Part shown: positions 8,970-18,059 of the stretch, one piece after another | Position numbering within the stretch: the stretch's first letter is position 1 | Layout: each line of letters starts with the position of its first letter | Assembly (NCBI GenBank): GCA_017541305.1 | Contig: JAFXZJ010000055.1 | Span: 106,311-170,310 of the forward strand | Source: Clostridia bacterium | GTDB lineage: Bacteria; Bacillota; Clostridia; Christensenellales; CAG-138 | Direction of reading: 5' to 3' | Length of the DNA: 64,000 nucleotides | The notes under the pieces: model-generated | Seen by the model: only the letters and a program-made list of their open reading frames with translations | Databases searched by the model: none | What the model was told of the DNA's origin: nothing | Made by a program: the position numbers and the translations under genes

Positions 8970-9040
8970 AAACGGTCTCCTTATTACCTTATAACGCGGC
9001 TCCGATGAGGATATCCCCATCGGAGCGCGCATGGTCTTGA

Positions 9041-9415
9041 TTATGCTTCTTCTTCGCAGAACTTCTCATACTCATCGGCGTCCATGAGATCCTCGGTGAT
9101 CTCGGTGAACTCGACGGCGGCGATGAAGTTTTCGAAAGCGTCCTCGTTGAGCTTCTCGGGAGCGCCGTCAAGCTCTTCATTGATCTCAACGACGGTGCCG
9201 TTAACGGCGGAGAATACGGAGGAGCTGGCCTTGACGGACTCGACTACGCAGTAGCTTTCGCCCATTGCGACCTCGTCGCCGACGGCGGGAAGCTCGACGT
9301 AAACGATATCGCCCAGAGCCTCGGCAGCGTGAGCGGTGATGCCCATCTTTGCAACATTGCCTTCTACCATGACCCACTCGTGGTCACGGGTGTACTTACG
9401 ATCATTGGGAACCAT
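9041..9415 (-). CDS. gcvH: Glycine cleavage system H protein
   Basis: 124 aa with the lipoyl-Lys motif VESVKASS. Confidence 0.95.
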   Translation of the reverse strand: MVPNDRKYTRDHEWVMVEGNVAKMGITAHAAEALGDIVYVELPAVGDEVAMGESYCVVESVKASSSVFSAVNGTVVEINEELDGAPEKLNEDAFENFIAAVEFTEITEDLMDADEYEKFCEEEA

Positions 9416-9504
9416 AATAAATACCTCCTCAGGTTGATTTTTTGTTTCATTAACTGCTTTTTCGCACCGACAGCGGCACTCGTAAGCAGGGGATCGAACG
9501 GTGC

Positions 9505-10581
9505 TTACGCTCTTTTATAGAAGGGCAGCTCAACGCGCTCGCAGGGGATCTGACGGCCGCGTACGTCGATGGTCCACACGGCGTCGTCGGGAACGTTGGC
9601 GGGAACGATCGCCATTGCGTAGTTGCCGCCAAGGGAGGGCGCGGGACCGCCGCTTGTGGTGAAGCCGACCTCTTCGCCGTTCATCAGCACGGGCATATGC
9701 TCGCGCGCAAGGCCCTTCAACACCTTAAGGCCGATGCGCTGGCGGGTCTTTTCCCGCATGAGCGCCTCACGGCCTATGAAGGCGGGCTTCTTGAACTTGA
9801 TGGCAAAATCCACTCCGCACTCAACGGGGTTGATCTTGTCGCTCATCTCGTGACCGTAAAGGGGCATGGACGCCTCGAAGCGGAGCGTGTCGCGCGCACC
9901 GAGAGCACAGGGCAGAAGACCCATCTCCTTGCCGGCCTCGAGCAGAGCGGCATGAAGCTTCATCGCGTTGCCCGCGGCGCAGTAGAGCTCAACGCCGTCC
10001 TCACCGGTGTAGCCGGTGCGGGAAACAAGGCACCTTACGCCCGCAACGATGTTGTTTTCGGTGAAGGTATAGTTCTTGGCGGGGATCTCGCCGTAATAAC
10101 CGGCGGCCTTCAGCACTTCCTCAAACCTGGGGCCCTGCAGGGCAAGCTGCGCCCAAAGGGGGCTCTCGTCGATTATCTGCACGTCGCCGAACACGTTCTT
10201 CTTCATCCACTCGATATCCTTGGCGGTGTTCGCGGCGTTCACGACCAGCATATAGCGATCGTCGGCGAACTTGTAGATGAGCACGTCGTCAACGGCGCCG
10301 CCGTCCTCATAGCACATCACCGCATAGCGGCAGCGGCCGGGAGTCATGGTGGTGATATCGTTGGTGACGAGGTTCTGTATGTAATCGAAAGCGGAATTGC
10401 CGACTACGAACACCTCGCCCATGTGGGAGACGTCGAACAGACCGCACGCGGTGCGGACCGCCTTGTGCTCCTCGATTATGGAGCTGTACTGAACGGGCAG
10501 AGCCCAGCCGCCGAAATCGACCATCTTGCCGCCGAGAGCGATATGCGCCTCATAAAGCGGAGTTTTCTTGAGTTCGTCCAT
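9505..10581 (-). CDS. gcvT: Aminomethyltransferase (glycine cleavage T protein)
   Basis: 358 aa, starting MDELKKTPLYEAHIALGGKMVDFGGWALPVQYSS and containing RDTLRFEASMPLYGHE. Confidence 0.95.
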   Translation of the reverse strand: MDELKKTPLYEAHIALGGKMVDFGGWALPVQYSSIIEEHKAVRTACGLFDVSHMGEVFVVGNSAFDYIQNLVTNDITTMTPGRCRYAVMCYEDGGAVDDVLIYKFADDRYMLVVNAANTAKDIEWMKKNVFGDVQIIDESPLWAQLALQGPRFEEVLKAAGYYGEIPAKNYTFTENNIVAGVRCLVSRTGYTGEDGVELYCAAGNAMKLHAALLEAGKEMGLLPCALGARDTLRFEASMPLYGHEMSDKINPVECGVDFAIKFKKPAFIGREALMREKTRQRIGLKVLKGLAREHMPVLMNGEEVGFTTSGGPAPSLGGNYAMAIVPANVPDDAVWTIDVRGRQIPCERVELPFYKRA

Positions 10582-10719
10582 GTTTTGCCCTTTCTCTTAT
10601 TAAAGATTTTGTTAACTTTCAGCGCCGGATGCCGCAAAAGCACGGCATACTCGCATTATCTTCTTTATTATAAAACAATTTTCCAAGCAGTTAAAGAGGA
10701 GCAGAGGATATATTTTAGC

Positions 10720-10767
10720 AAAAAAAAGCCCCCGGCGGTGGCCTGCGCAATGGGCCGTCCGCCGGGG
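10720..10767 (-). terminator. Leader (attenuator) terminator upstream of gcvT
   Basis: Minus-strand CCCCGGCGG-(21 nt)-CCGCCGGGG followed by CUUUUUUUU. It lies ~140 nt upstream of the gcvT start and downstream of the promoter-like element. Confidence 0.7.
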
Positions 10768-10970
10768 TTTAAAGAACGGAGGGGGTATCAATGCCGCTTC
10801 CAAGGCGGCTCGGGGTATCACTGACCTGCGCGATAGTTCTCCCTTGCTTTTTCCAGCTTCTCCTGAACGGAAGGAAGCGCAAAGAACGCGTCGAACGGAT
10901 CGTTCACTTCACCATCCATGTCCGTGTAGATATAACTATATTTTACCACATGTTTTTTTGTTGTTTTCAA
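10768..10970 (-). promoter_or_regulatory. gcv operon promoter plus ~200-nt structured leader (candidate riboswitch, glycine class expected but not confirmed)
   Basis: Minus-strand TTGAAA (10965-10970) and TGGTAAAAT extended -10 (10940-10948). The leader contains GGAGAA, two GAAnnnGCA(A/T) motifs and CGCAGGTCAGTGATAC, which only loosely resemble glycine-aptamer cores. Confidence 0.35.
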
Positions 10971-11004
10971 TGCCAAAAAACATTTTCAGCTGCATTCATT
11001 AAAC

Positions 11005-12495
11005 TTACAGTGCGCCGTACTTTTTCTTCAGATACTCGATGTAGTATCTCGGCTCAAAGCCCTCCCCGCAGAAGCCCTCGATGAGCTGGGCGGGGGTTTT
11101 GAGCTTGCCGAAGCGGTAGATCCCCTCCGTCAGCACGGCGGTAATCTCGGGCAGGCCGCCCCTGCGGACAAGCTCCCATACGTTCACTCTCTTTTCGAGC
11201 GCCGCCGCGATCTGCGCGCCGTAAGCGTTGCCCAGGGCATAGGTCGGAAAATACCCTATCAGCCCCGAGCCCCAGTGCATATCCTGCAGGCACCCCTCGC
11301 GGTCGTTGGGAACGTCGAGCCCCAGATACTCCTTGTAGAGCCTGTTCCACTCAGCGGGAACATCCGCAGCCTTCAGCTCGCCGTGCAGCAGGCGCTTTTC
11401 CAGCTCATACCTTATCATAATGTGCAGGCAGTAGGTCAGCTCGTCCGCCTCGGTGCGTTTCAAGCTCGGCTCCACGCGGTTTACCGCGCGGTAGAATCCC
11501 TCCGCGTCAACGCCCGAAAACTGCTCGGGGAAGTGCTTTTTCATCAGGGGAAGCACAAGCTCCGCGAATTCCCTTGATCGGCCGATTATGTTCTCATAGA
11601 AGCGGGACTGCGATTCGTGCATGCCGGCGGAAGCCCCATGCGCAAGCGGCGAGCCCTTCAGCTCCTCCCCCACGTTCAGCTCATAAAGCGCGTGCCCGCC
11701 CTCGTGTATCACGCTGAACATATTCGCCGCGGCATAGCGCTCGTAATAATGCGTCGTCATGCGCACGTCGCTGCGGCTGATGAACGTGGTGTAGGGGTGC
11801 TCCGCCTCGCCCAATGAGCAGCGATCGCGGTCGATACCCATTAAGTCCATAAGCTCGAGTGAGAATTTTTGCTGCTCCGCCTTGGGAAAATACGCGTGAA
11901 GGAAGCTTGCGTCGGGCTTTTCGCATTCCGATACGGCGGCGATGAGCGGCACGAGCTCGCGCTTTAAAAGCGCGAAGAATCCGTCGAGCATCTGCGTCGA
12001 CGCGCCTTCCTCGTTTTCGTTGAGCCAGTAGTCGTAAGGATCGGCTTCGGGCGCGGCAAGCTGCGCCATGCGGCGGCAGTCGCTTATCACCTCGTCCAGA
12101 TAGGGCTCGAAAAGCGCAAAATCGTCCCTCCGCTTGGCCTCCTGCCATTTGGCAAACGAAACTCCCAGCAGCCGCCTGTAAGCCGCGTGCTCCTCCGCGG
12201 GTATCGCGCGTATCCTCTCCAGCCCGCGCATCTCCTCCTCCGCCTCTCGCCGGGTGATCCCGTCAAGCTCTCCCGCATGAGCGCAGAGCGTTTCAACGGC
12301 TTCGATAAAATCCTTATCCAGCTTTACCTTTCGCGCCTCGCCGGAGAGCAGCGCCATATCCGCGCCGAAATAGGCCGCGGCGTTCTTCGGGGCGGCGGTC
12401 ATGCTGTCGTAATTCATCACGACCGACGCGTGCCTGTATGCCTCGCTCAGCTTAAGGCCCGCCTTAAATACCTCTTTTGCTTTTGAAATTTCCAT
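11005..12495 (-). CDS. Carboxypeptidase M32 (Taq-type metallocarboxypeptidase), paralogue 2
   Basis: Trimmed to ATG 12495 (MEISKAKEVF) behind GAGGAG. Contains HEGGHALYE, GMHESQSRFYENIIGRS and DELTYCLHIMIRYELE. Confidence 0.9.
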   Translation of the reverse strand: MEISKAKEVFKAGLKLSEAYRHASVVMNYDSMTAAPKNAAAYFGADMALLSGEARKVKLDKDFIEAVETLCAHAGELDGITRREAEEEMRGLERIRAIPAEEHAAYRRLLGVSFAKWQEAKRRDDFALFEPYLDEVISDCRRMAQLAAPEADPYDYWLNENEEGASTQMLDGFFALLKRELVPLIAAVSECEKPDASFLHAYFPKAEQQKFSLELMDLMGIDRDRCSLGEAEHPYTTFISRSDVRMTTHYYERYAAANMFSVIHEGGHALYELNVGEELKGSPLAHGASAGMHESQSRFYENIIGRSREFAELVLPLMKKHFPEQFSGVDAEGFYRAVNRVEPSLKRTEADELTYCLHIMIRYELEKRLLHGELKAADVPAEWNRLYKEYLGLDVPNDREGCLQDMHWGSGLIGYFPTYALGNAYGAQIAAALEKRVNVWELVRRGGLPEITAVLTEGIYRFGKLKTPAQLIEGFCGEGFEPRYYIEYLKKKYGAL

Positions 12496-12506
12496 ATCGC
12501 TCCTCG

Positions 12507-12538
12507 AAAAAACGGGGCGCGGGTTTTGCTCCGCGCCC
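12507..12538 (-). terminator. Intrinsic terminator between the two M32 genes
   Basis: Minus-strand GGGCGCGG-agcaaaa-CCGCGCCC followed by CGUUUUUU. Confidence 0.75.
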
Positions 12539-12544
12539 TTTTCA

Positions 12545-14044
12545 TTACAGCTCATAGAGCTTTGTGAACTTCTCCGTAAGATAATCGATGTAATAATCGG
12601 GATCGAAGTCCTCGCCGCAGCAGATGCGTATGAGCTCGGCGGGCTTCTTGATCTGGCCGTATTTGTGGATGTGCTCGCGCAGCCATTCGGTGATTTTGCC
12701 GATATTGCCCGAGGCGATCAGCGCATCCATATCCAGCTCCTTGTTCATGTGGGCAAGTATCTGCGCGCCATAGGCGGAGCCCAGCGAATAGGAGGGGAAA
12801 TAACCGAAGCTGCCGCCCGACCAGTGCGAATCCTGCAGACAGCCTTCCTTGTCGGAGGGCACGTCCACGCCCAGATACTCCTTATAGAGCCTGTTCCACT
12901 CGGCTGGCAGATCCTTTGTGTCAAGCTCGCCGTGCATCAGCTTCTTCTCGATCTCATAGCGGATGAGCACGTGCAGCGAATACGTCAGCTCGTCGGACTC
13001 GGTGCGCACCAGCGAGGGCTGAGCGAGGTTGACGGCGCGATAGAATTTCTCCGCGTCGACGTCCTTCAGCTGTTCGGGGAATATCTCCTTTATCCTGGGG
13101 AACACGAGCTCGCAGAATGCCTTGGAACGGCCAATGATGTTCTCATAGAAGCGGGACTGGCTCTCGTGCATGCCGCAGGAAGCGCCGCCGAAGAGCGGGG
13201 AGCCTGTCAGCTCGTCGCAGTTGCCCATCTCATAGGTGGCATGGCCGCCTTCGTGTATCACGGAATACATGCTGTATGTCAGCGCGTTTTCATAATAATG
13301 GGTCGTGATGCGCAGATCGTGCTTGTTGAAGCCCGTGGTGAAGGGATGCTCGGTCTCGCCTATCGAGCAGTCGTCCTTGTTGATGCCGATAACGTCCATA
13401 AGATATTGCGACAGCTCGCGCTGCTTGTCGATGGGATAGAATTTGTAAATAAAGCTGTCGTCGGGCTTTTCCTTTTCACAGATTTTGTGGATGAGGGGCA
13501 CCAGCGCGGCCTTCACCTTGTCGAAATACCCGTCCAGCACGTCCTGAGTGAAGCCCTCCTCAAACTCGTTCAGCCAGTAATCATAGGGATCCTTTTCGGG
13601 CGCGGCATATTTTGCGAACTTGATATTGTATTCCACAAGCTTTTTAAGATGCGGCTCGAACATGGCGTAATCGTTCTTGACCTTGGCCTCGTGCCAAACC
13701 GCCGAGGCTTCGGACTGTATGCGCTGATATTCCACGTATTCCTCCATGGGCACGTTGCGCAGCAGCTTCAGGCCGTTCTGCGCCTGCTCCACCTCGCGGC
13801 GGGTGATCTCGTCAAGCTCGTCCGCGTGCGCGCTCAGGAAATCGAGCAGCTCGAAATTCTCTTCGTTGACTTCAAGCTTATAGGTTATCTCCGAGAGAGC
13901 GGCCATGGTATCCGAAAAGCCGCCGATGGCGTTTTTCGGAGCTGCGGTCTCGATATCGTAATACATCACGCCCATCGCATGATAATAGGCGGCAAGCTTT
14001 TTGTTCTTCTCCTTGAGCTTTGCAACGGCTTCGTTAAGTTCCAT
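12545..14044 (-). CDS. Carboxypeptidase M32, paralogue 1
   Basis: Trimmed to ATG 14044 (MELNEAVAKLKE) behind AAAGGAGAG. Contains HEGGHATYE and GMHESQSRFYENIIGRS. Confidence 0.9.
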   Translation of the reverse strand: MELNEAVAKLKEKNKKLAAYYHAMGVMYYDIETAAPKNAIGGFSDTMAALSEITYKLEVNEENFELLDFLSAHADELDEITRREVEQAQNGLKLLRNVPMEEYVEYQRIQSEASAVWHEAKVKNDYAMFEPHLKKLVEYNIKFAKYAAPEKDPYDYWLNEFEEGFTQDVLDGYFDKVKAALVPLIHKICEKEKPDDSFIYKFYPIDKQRELSQYLMDVIGINKDDCSIGETEHPFTTGFNKHDLRITTHYYENALTYSMYSVIHEGGHATYEMGNCDELTGSPLFGGASCGMHESQSRFYENIIGRSKAFCELVFPRIKEIFPEQLKDVDAEKFYRAVNLAQPSLVRTESDELTYSLHVLIRYEIEKKLMHGELDTKDLPAEWNRLYKEYLGVDVPSDKEGCLQDSHWSGGSFGYFPSYSLGSAYGAQILAHMNKELDMDALIASGNIGKITEWLREHIHKYGQIKKPAELIRICCGEDFDPDYYIDYLTEKFTKLYEL

Positions 14045-14182
14045 ATAACTCTCCTTTTCGGGGCAAGGCCCCATTTTTCTTCATTATAATTATATATACG
14101 TCATGCCGCGTTGTCAAGCCCGCTTCACAACCCGAAGCGCCCGAGCATAGATTAAACGGAATAACAAAGCTTGGAGGCATTT

Positions 14183-14956
14183 ATGCTTGAAGATATGATC
14201 GCTCAGCTCGATAACGTGAGCCTCATATATCACGAGCCCTCGCGTGAGACAAAGGCGGTGAGCTCCCTGTGCCTTGCCGTGCGGCGCGGCGAATTCGTAA
14301 GCATCGTGGGCCCTTCCGGCTGCGGAAAGACGAGCGTGCTCTCTCTTCTGTCGGGCCTCTATCCGCCGTCCGAGGGGAGCGTGAGGGTGCTTGGCCTTAC
14401 CCCCGCCGAGGCGCGGAGCCGGGTGGGCTATATGCTGCAGCGCGATGAGCTGCTTGAATGGCGCACCATTGAAAGGAACGTGCTGCTGGGGCTTGAAATA
14501 AAAAAGCGGCTGACGAGGGAAAGCCGCGAAAAAGCCATGGAACTGCTTGAAAAATACGGTTTGGGAGATTTTAAGCGCGCATACCCCGCCGCCCTTTCGG
14601 GCGGCATGCGGCAGAAGGCGGCGCTGATACGCACGCTGGCCTTCGGGCCGGAGCTGCTCCTTTTAGACGAGCCCTTTTCGGCGCTGGATTATCAGACGCG
14701 CCTCATGCTGGAGGATGAGGTGCGCACCATCATAAAGCAGGGCGGCCTGACGGCGATACTCGTCACGCACGACATCTCCGAGGCCATCGCCATGAGCGAC
14801 CGCGTGGCGGTGTTTTCCTCACGCCCCGCAAGGGTGAAGCGCGAATTCGAAGTGCGCCTGCCCGGCTCGGCATTCGAGCGCCGCTCCGCCGAGGGCTTTT
14901 CAAGGCTTTTCGACGAAATATGGAAGGAGTTGGACCATGATGAGCGCGGAGCATAG
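14183..14956 (+). CDS. ABC transporter ATP-binding protein (NitT/TauT-like)
   Basis: Start taken at ATG 14183 behind GGAGG. Walker A GPSGCGKTS, signature LSGGMRQK, Walker B LLLLDEP. Confidence 0.9.
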   Translation: MLEDMIAQLDNVSLIYHEPSRETKAVSSLCLAVRRGEFVSIVGPSGCGKTSVLSLLSGLYPPSEGSVRVLGLTPAEARSRVGYMLQRDELLEWRTIERNVLLGLEIKKRLTRESREKAMELLEKYGLGDFKRAYPAALSGGMRQKAALIRTLAFGPELLLLDEPFSALDYQTRLMLEDEVRTIIKQGGLTAILVTHDISEAIAMSDRVAVFSSRPARVKREFEVRLPGSAFERRSAEGFSRLFDEIWKELDHDERGA

Positions 14957-15734
14957 AAGATATCTCTCCCGGCTCCGGCGGAAAAACCGTCTGGTGCTGA
15001 TCACGCGCCTGCTGCTGCTTGCCGCACTGATCGCGCTGTGGGAATGCGCGGGCCGCCTTGGCCTGTGCGACCCTTTCATAGTCTCGTCCCCGGCAAGGGT
15101 GCTTGAAACGATAGGCGGCCTGTACGCGGCAAACGATCTGTTTCCCCATATCCTGACCACTTTTTCAGAGACCGCCGCGGGCTTTCTTTCGGGCACGGCG
15201 ATCGGCGTCGGCATAGCGGTGCTGCTGTGGTTCTGCCCCTTTGCCGAGCGGGTGCTCGATCCATATCTGGTGGTGCTCAACGCCCTGCCCAAGATCGCCC
15301 TCGGCCCCATACTGATCGTTTGGGTGGGCGCGGGGGCCGAGGCCATAATCGTGATGGCGCTGCTCGTTTCCACCGTCGTGACCGTGATGACCGTGCTCTC
15401 GGGCTTTATGGAAACGCCTCCCGGGCTGATGCGCCTGATGCGCACGCTGGGCGCCTCGCGCACGCAGACCTTTATAAAGGCGGTGCTGCCCTCCTCCGTC
15501 CCCACGATCATGAGCGCACTGAAGATCAGCGTGGGCATGAGCTGGGTGGGCGTTATCGTGGGCGAATACCTCGTTTCAAAGCGCGGCCTTGGCTACCTCA
15601 TAGTCTACGGCGGGCAGGTGTTCAAGCTCGATCTCGTAATGGCAAGCATCGTGATACTCTGCGCGCTCGCGGCGGTCATGTATTATGCCGTCGCCGCGTT
15701 CGAGAAGCGCATAAACAGGCGGTTCGGAAGATGA
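14937..15734 (+). CDS. ABC transporter permease (NitT/TauT-like)
   Basis: 265 aa, multi-TM, overlapping the ATPase gene. Contains the EAA-like loop RTLGASRTQTFIKAVLPSSVP. Confidence 0.85.
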   Translation: MMSAEHRRYLSRLRRKNRLVLITRLLLLAALIALWECAGRLGLCDPFIVSSPARVLETIGGLYAANDLFPHILTTFSETAAGFLSGTAIGVGIAVLLWFCPFAERVLDPYLVVLNALPKIALGPILIVWVGAGAEAIIVMALLVSTVVTVMTVLSGFMETPPGLMRLMRTLGASRTQTFIKAVLPSSVPTIMSALKISVGMSWVGVIVGEYLVSKRGLGYLIVYGGQVFKLDLVMASIVILCALAAVMYYAVAAFEKRINRRFGR

Positions 15735-15777
15735 AAAAGGCGCAGTCCCCGGGGGCTGCGCCAACAGTTGCTTTTCC

Positions 15778-16641
15778 TTATTCTGCGGGATACTGCGCCA
15801 TCAAGTTCCCGTCCTTATCGGCCGCGCGGAACACGACGTCGCAGTCGCTCAAATCGACGCAGGACAGCACCATATCCCTGAATTCGGCGATAAGCTCCAC
15901 GCCGTCCTCGGCCATGGCCGCATACCACAGATCGCCGAAGAGCGTCTTCTCCTCGTCGGTCATGTCGTTAAGATAAACGTAGGTGATAACGAGCGTATCG
16001 CCGTTTTCTTCGGAGATCTCCGTCCTCATCTCGTCGTCGTCGTCCTCGGCGAATTCCCGCTTAAGCTCATCGGAATTCACGAACGCCTCCAGCGAATCGA
16101 ACTTTTCGGTTACGGACGCCGCGGCGGCGATCTCGGCAAATTCCTTGTCGATCAAGTAATCGAGTATCTTGCTGCCGTCGCTGTCGAGATAGCGCAGCAC
16201 GATCATGACCTCGTCGGAATCCGCGTAACCGGAAAGCTCCTCGTACATTGAAACAAAGCCCTCGGCGGTCTCGTCAAGGCTCTTGCGAAGCAGCTCGGGC
16301 GTGCCGGTGAATTTATCGACGTATTTATACTCCAGCACGAACGTCCTGCCCTCCGCATAGCAGTCAAGCTCCATAACGCCCGCAAAAAGCGCTTTCATGG
16401 ATTCAAGCTGCGGCAGGAATTTTTTCGCATACTCCTCAACCGCCGCTTCCGCGGGATCGGCCGTTTCCGCAGGCGCCTCGGTGGGAGCCTCGGTGGGCGC
16501 TTCGGTGGGGGCTTCGGTGGGCGCTTCGGTGGGAGCTGCCGTGGGTGCTTCCGTAGGCGCAGGCGCGTCCGCCCCGCCCGTGCAGGCCGCAAGGGCCGCC
16601 AGCATGAGCACGGCTGAAATAAGCGCGATCAGCTTTTTCAT
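15778..16641 (-). CDS. Lipoprotein of unknown function with PTEA repeat linker and internally duplicated acidic domain
   Basis: MKKLIALISAVLMLAALAAC lipobox and (PTEA)x7. Two similar halves are visible (..TFVLEYKYV.. and ..TLVITYVYL..). Confidence 0.7.
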   Translation of the reverse strand: MKKLIALISAVLMLAALAACTGGADAPAPTEAPTAAPTEAPTEAPTEAPTEAPTEAPAETADPAEAAVEEYAKKFLPQLESMKALFAGVMELDCYAEGRTFVLEYKYVDKFTGTPELLRKSLDETAEGFVSMYEELSGYADSDEVMIVLRYLDSDGSKILDYLIDKEFAEIAAAASVTEKFDSLEAFVNSDELKREFAEDDDDEMRTEISEENGDTLVITYVYLNDMTDEEKTLFGDLWYAAMAEDGVELIAEFRDMVLSCVDLSDCDVVFRAADKDGNLMAQYPAE

Positions 16642-16713
16642 ATCGTATTGCCCTTTCCTTAATGAAACGAGCCTGCGGCCAAGCCGCAGACTCGTAAAAA
16701 AGCAGAACCGAAA

Positions 16714-17085
16714 TTACTTGATCTCGATCTCGGCGCCAACAGCCTTGAAAGCCTCAGCGAGCTTCTCGGCCTCTTCCTTGGAAACGCCTTCTTTGAGGGT
16801 GGAGGGAGCGCCGTCAACGATCTCCTTAGCCTCCTTGAGGCCGAGACCCAGCTGCTCACGGGCAACCTTGATAACCTTGATCTTCTCGGTGCCGAAGCTC
16901 TTGAGAACGACGTCGAACTCGGTCTTCTCTTCAACTTCCTCAGCAGCGGCGGCGGGGCCGGCAACGGCAACGGCGGTGGCGGCGGCGGATACGCCAAACT
17001 CCTCCTCGAGAGCCTTAACGAGATCGGCAAGCTCGAGAACAGTCATGGCCTTAATGTCTTCAATAAACTGCTCCTTGTTAAACAT
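16714..17085 (-). CDS. rplL: 50S ribosomal protein L7/L12
   Basis: [32 protein letters not shown] ... [41 protein letters not shown]. Confidence 0.97.
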   Translation of the reverse strand: MFNKEQFIEDIKAMTVLELADLVKALEEEFGVSAAATAVAVAGPAAAAEEVEEKTEFDVVLKSFGTEKIKVIKVAREQLGLGLKEAKEIVDGAPSTLKEGVSKEEAEKLAEAFKAVGAEIEIK

Positions 17086-17158
17086 GATAGTTTCCTCCTA
17101 AAAGATTTAGATAATTTTTTGATTGATGTTTGGGCTTTGCGCCCGGGTCATGCCGAAA

Positions 17159-17680
17159 TTATTCGGCGGCTTCGGCGGTCTCTCCGCCGTTCTTCTTGGC
17201 GATCTGATCGAGAACGATCGCAAGACCGCTGATGGGGGACATCATGCTGCCGAGCATACGGGCGATGAGTACCTCCTTGGGGGGCAGCTCAGCAAGAGCG
17301 TCGATAGCGGCTGCATCGGAAACCTTACCGTTGACGATACCACCCTTGATCTCGCACTTCTTGAGCTTCTTGACGGCGTCCTTCAGGATCTTGGCGGGAG
17401 ATACGGCGTCTTCATAGCCGATAGCGAATGCGGACGGACCCTTGAGCATTTCCTTGACGGAAGCGTCAATGCCGATCTTGTCGCAAGCGCGCTCAACCAT
17501 GGAATTCTTGACGATAACGTACTCGTTGCCGGCCTTGCGCATCTGGGCGCGGAGCTCGGTGACTTCGGAAACGGTCAGGCCGCGATAATCGAAAACGATT
17601 ACGGACTGTGCCTTCTGAAGCTTCTCGGAAAGCTCGTTGACCAGCTGTTCCTTCTGGGCGATAATGGAAGCGTTTGCCAT
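17159..17680 (-). CDS. rplJ: 50S ribosomal protein L10
   Basis: 173 aa, starting MANASIIAQKEQLVNELSEKLQKAQSVIVFDYRGLTVSEVTELR. Confidence 0.95.
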   Translation of the reverse strand: MANASIIAQKEQLVNELSEKLQKAQSVIVFDYRGLTVSEVTELRAQMRKAGNEYVIVKNSMVERACDKIGIDASVKEMLKGPSAFAIGYEDAVSPAKILKDAVKKLKKCEIKGGIVNGKVSDAAAIDALAELPPKEVLIARMLGSMMSPISGLAIVLDQIAKKNGGETAEAAE

Positions 17681-17899
17681 TTGTTCTTCCTCCTTATCAG
17701 ATTAACAATAAAATATCCCCTCGCCGCTTATCGACAGGGGAATGAAGAATTCTGATTCCCGACGGGCATTTTTTCCCTTCGGTTTATATGATCTTCACCT
17801 CGGCAGGATATTAAGCAAAGCTTTCGCTCTGCACCGGCTGTCTACGGCGGATATTCGATTGCCATTTGTTAGAATATCATATTCCCCGGCCCAAGTCAA
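17681..17899 (-). promoter_or_regulatory. rplJ promoter (TTGACT-17-TATTCT) and ~190-nt 5-prime leader (L10-leader-like autoregulatory region expected)
   Basis: Minus-strand -35 at 17894-17899 and -10 at 17871-17876, followed by a long untranslated leader before the GGAGGA RBS. Confidence 0.5.
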
Positions 17900-17963
17900 G
17901 CGCGAAAACGCTTGTTTTTGCAATATATTTTTGAGCAAAGCCGCACTATTTTTCGGTCCGTAT

Positions 17964-17992
17964 TTGAAATTTGTCGGGTTTTCTGCTATAAT
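17964..17992 (+). promoter_or_regulatory. Sigma-70-type promoter TTGAAA-17-TATAAT for the lipoprotein-MATE-CapA-GNAT cluster
   Basis: -35 at 17964-17969 and -10 at 17987-17992. Confidence 0.6.
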
Positions 17993-18059
17993 AGATTGAT
18001 TGACTGCGCCCGCGCGCAAGAAGCGCGGCGTTCAACTCACGAAAGGCAGCTTCCGGCTT

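Noticed and set aside
10768-10930. A firm call of a tandem glycine riboswitch, or alternatively a T-box (GTGATACCCCG resembles GGTGGTACCGCG).
   Set aside because: Canonical cores (GGAGAG...CACCGAAGGGGCAA...CTCAGGCAAAAGGAC, or T-box stem I features) are not clearly present. This is kept only as a low-confidence regulatory leader pending a covariance-model scan.
9697-14089. Plus-strand ORFs 9697..10824 and 12665..14089 (375 and 474 aa).
   Set aside because: They are antisense to gcvT and to M32 carboxypeptidase 1. The reasoning is the same: there are no RBS or domain signatures.
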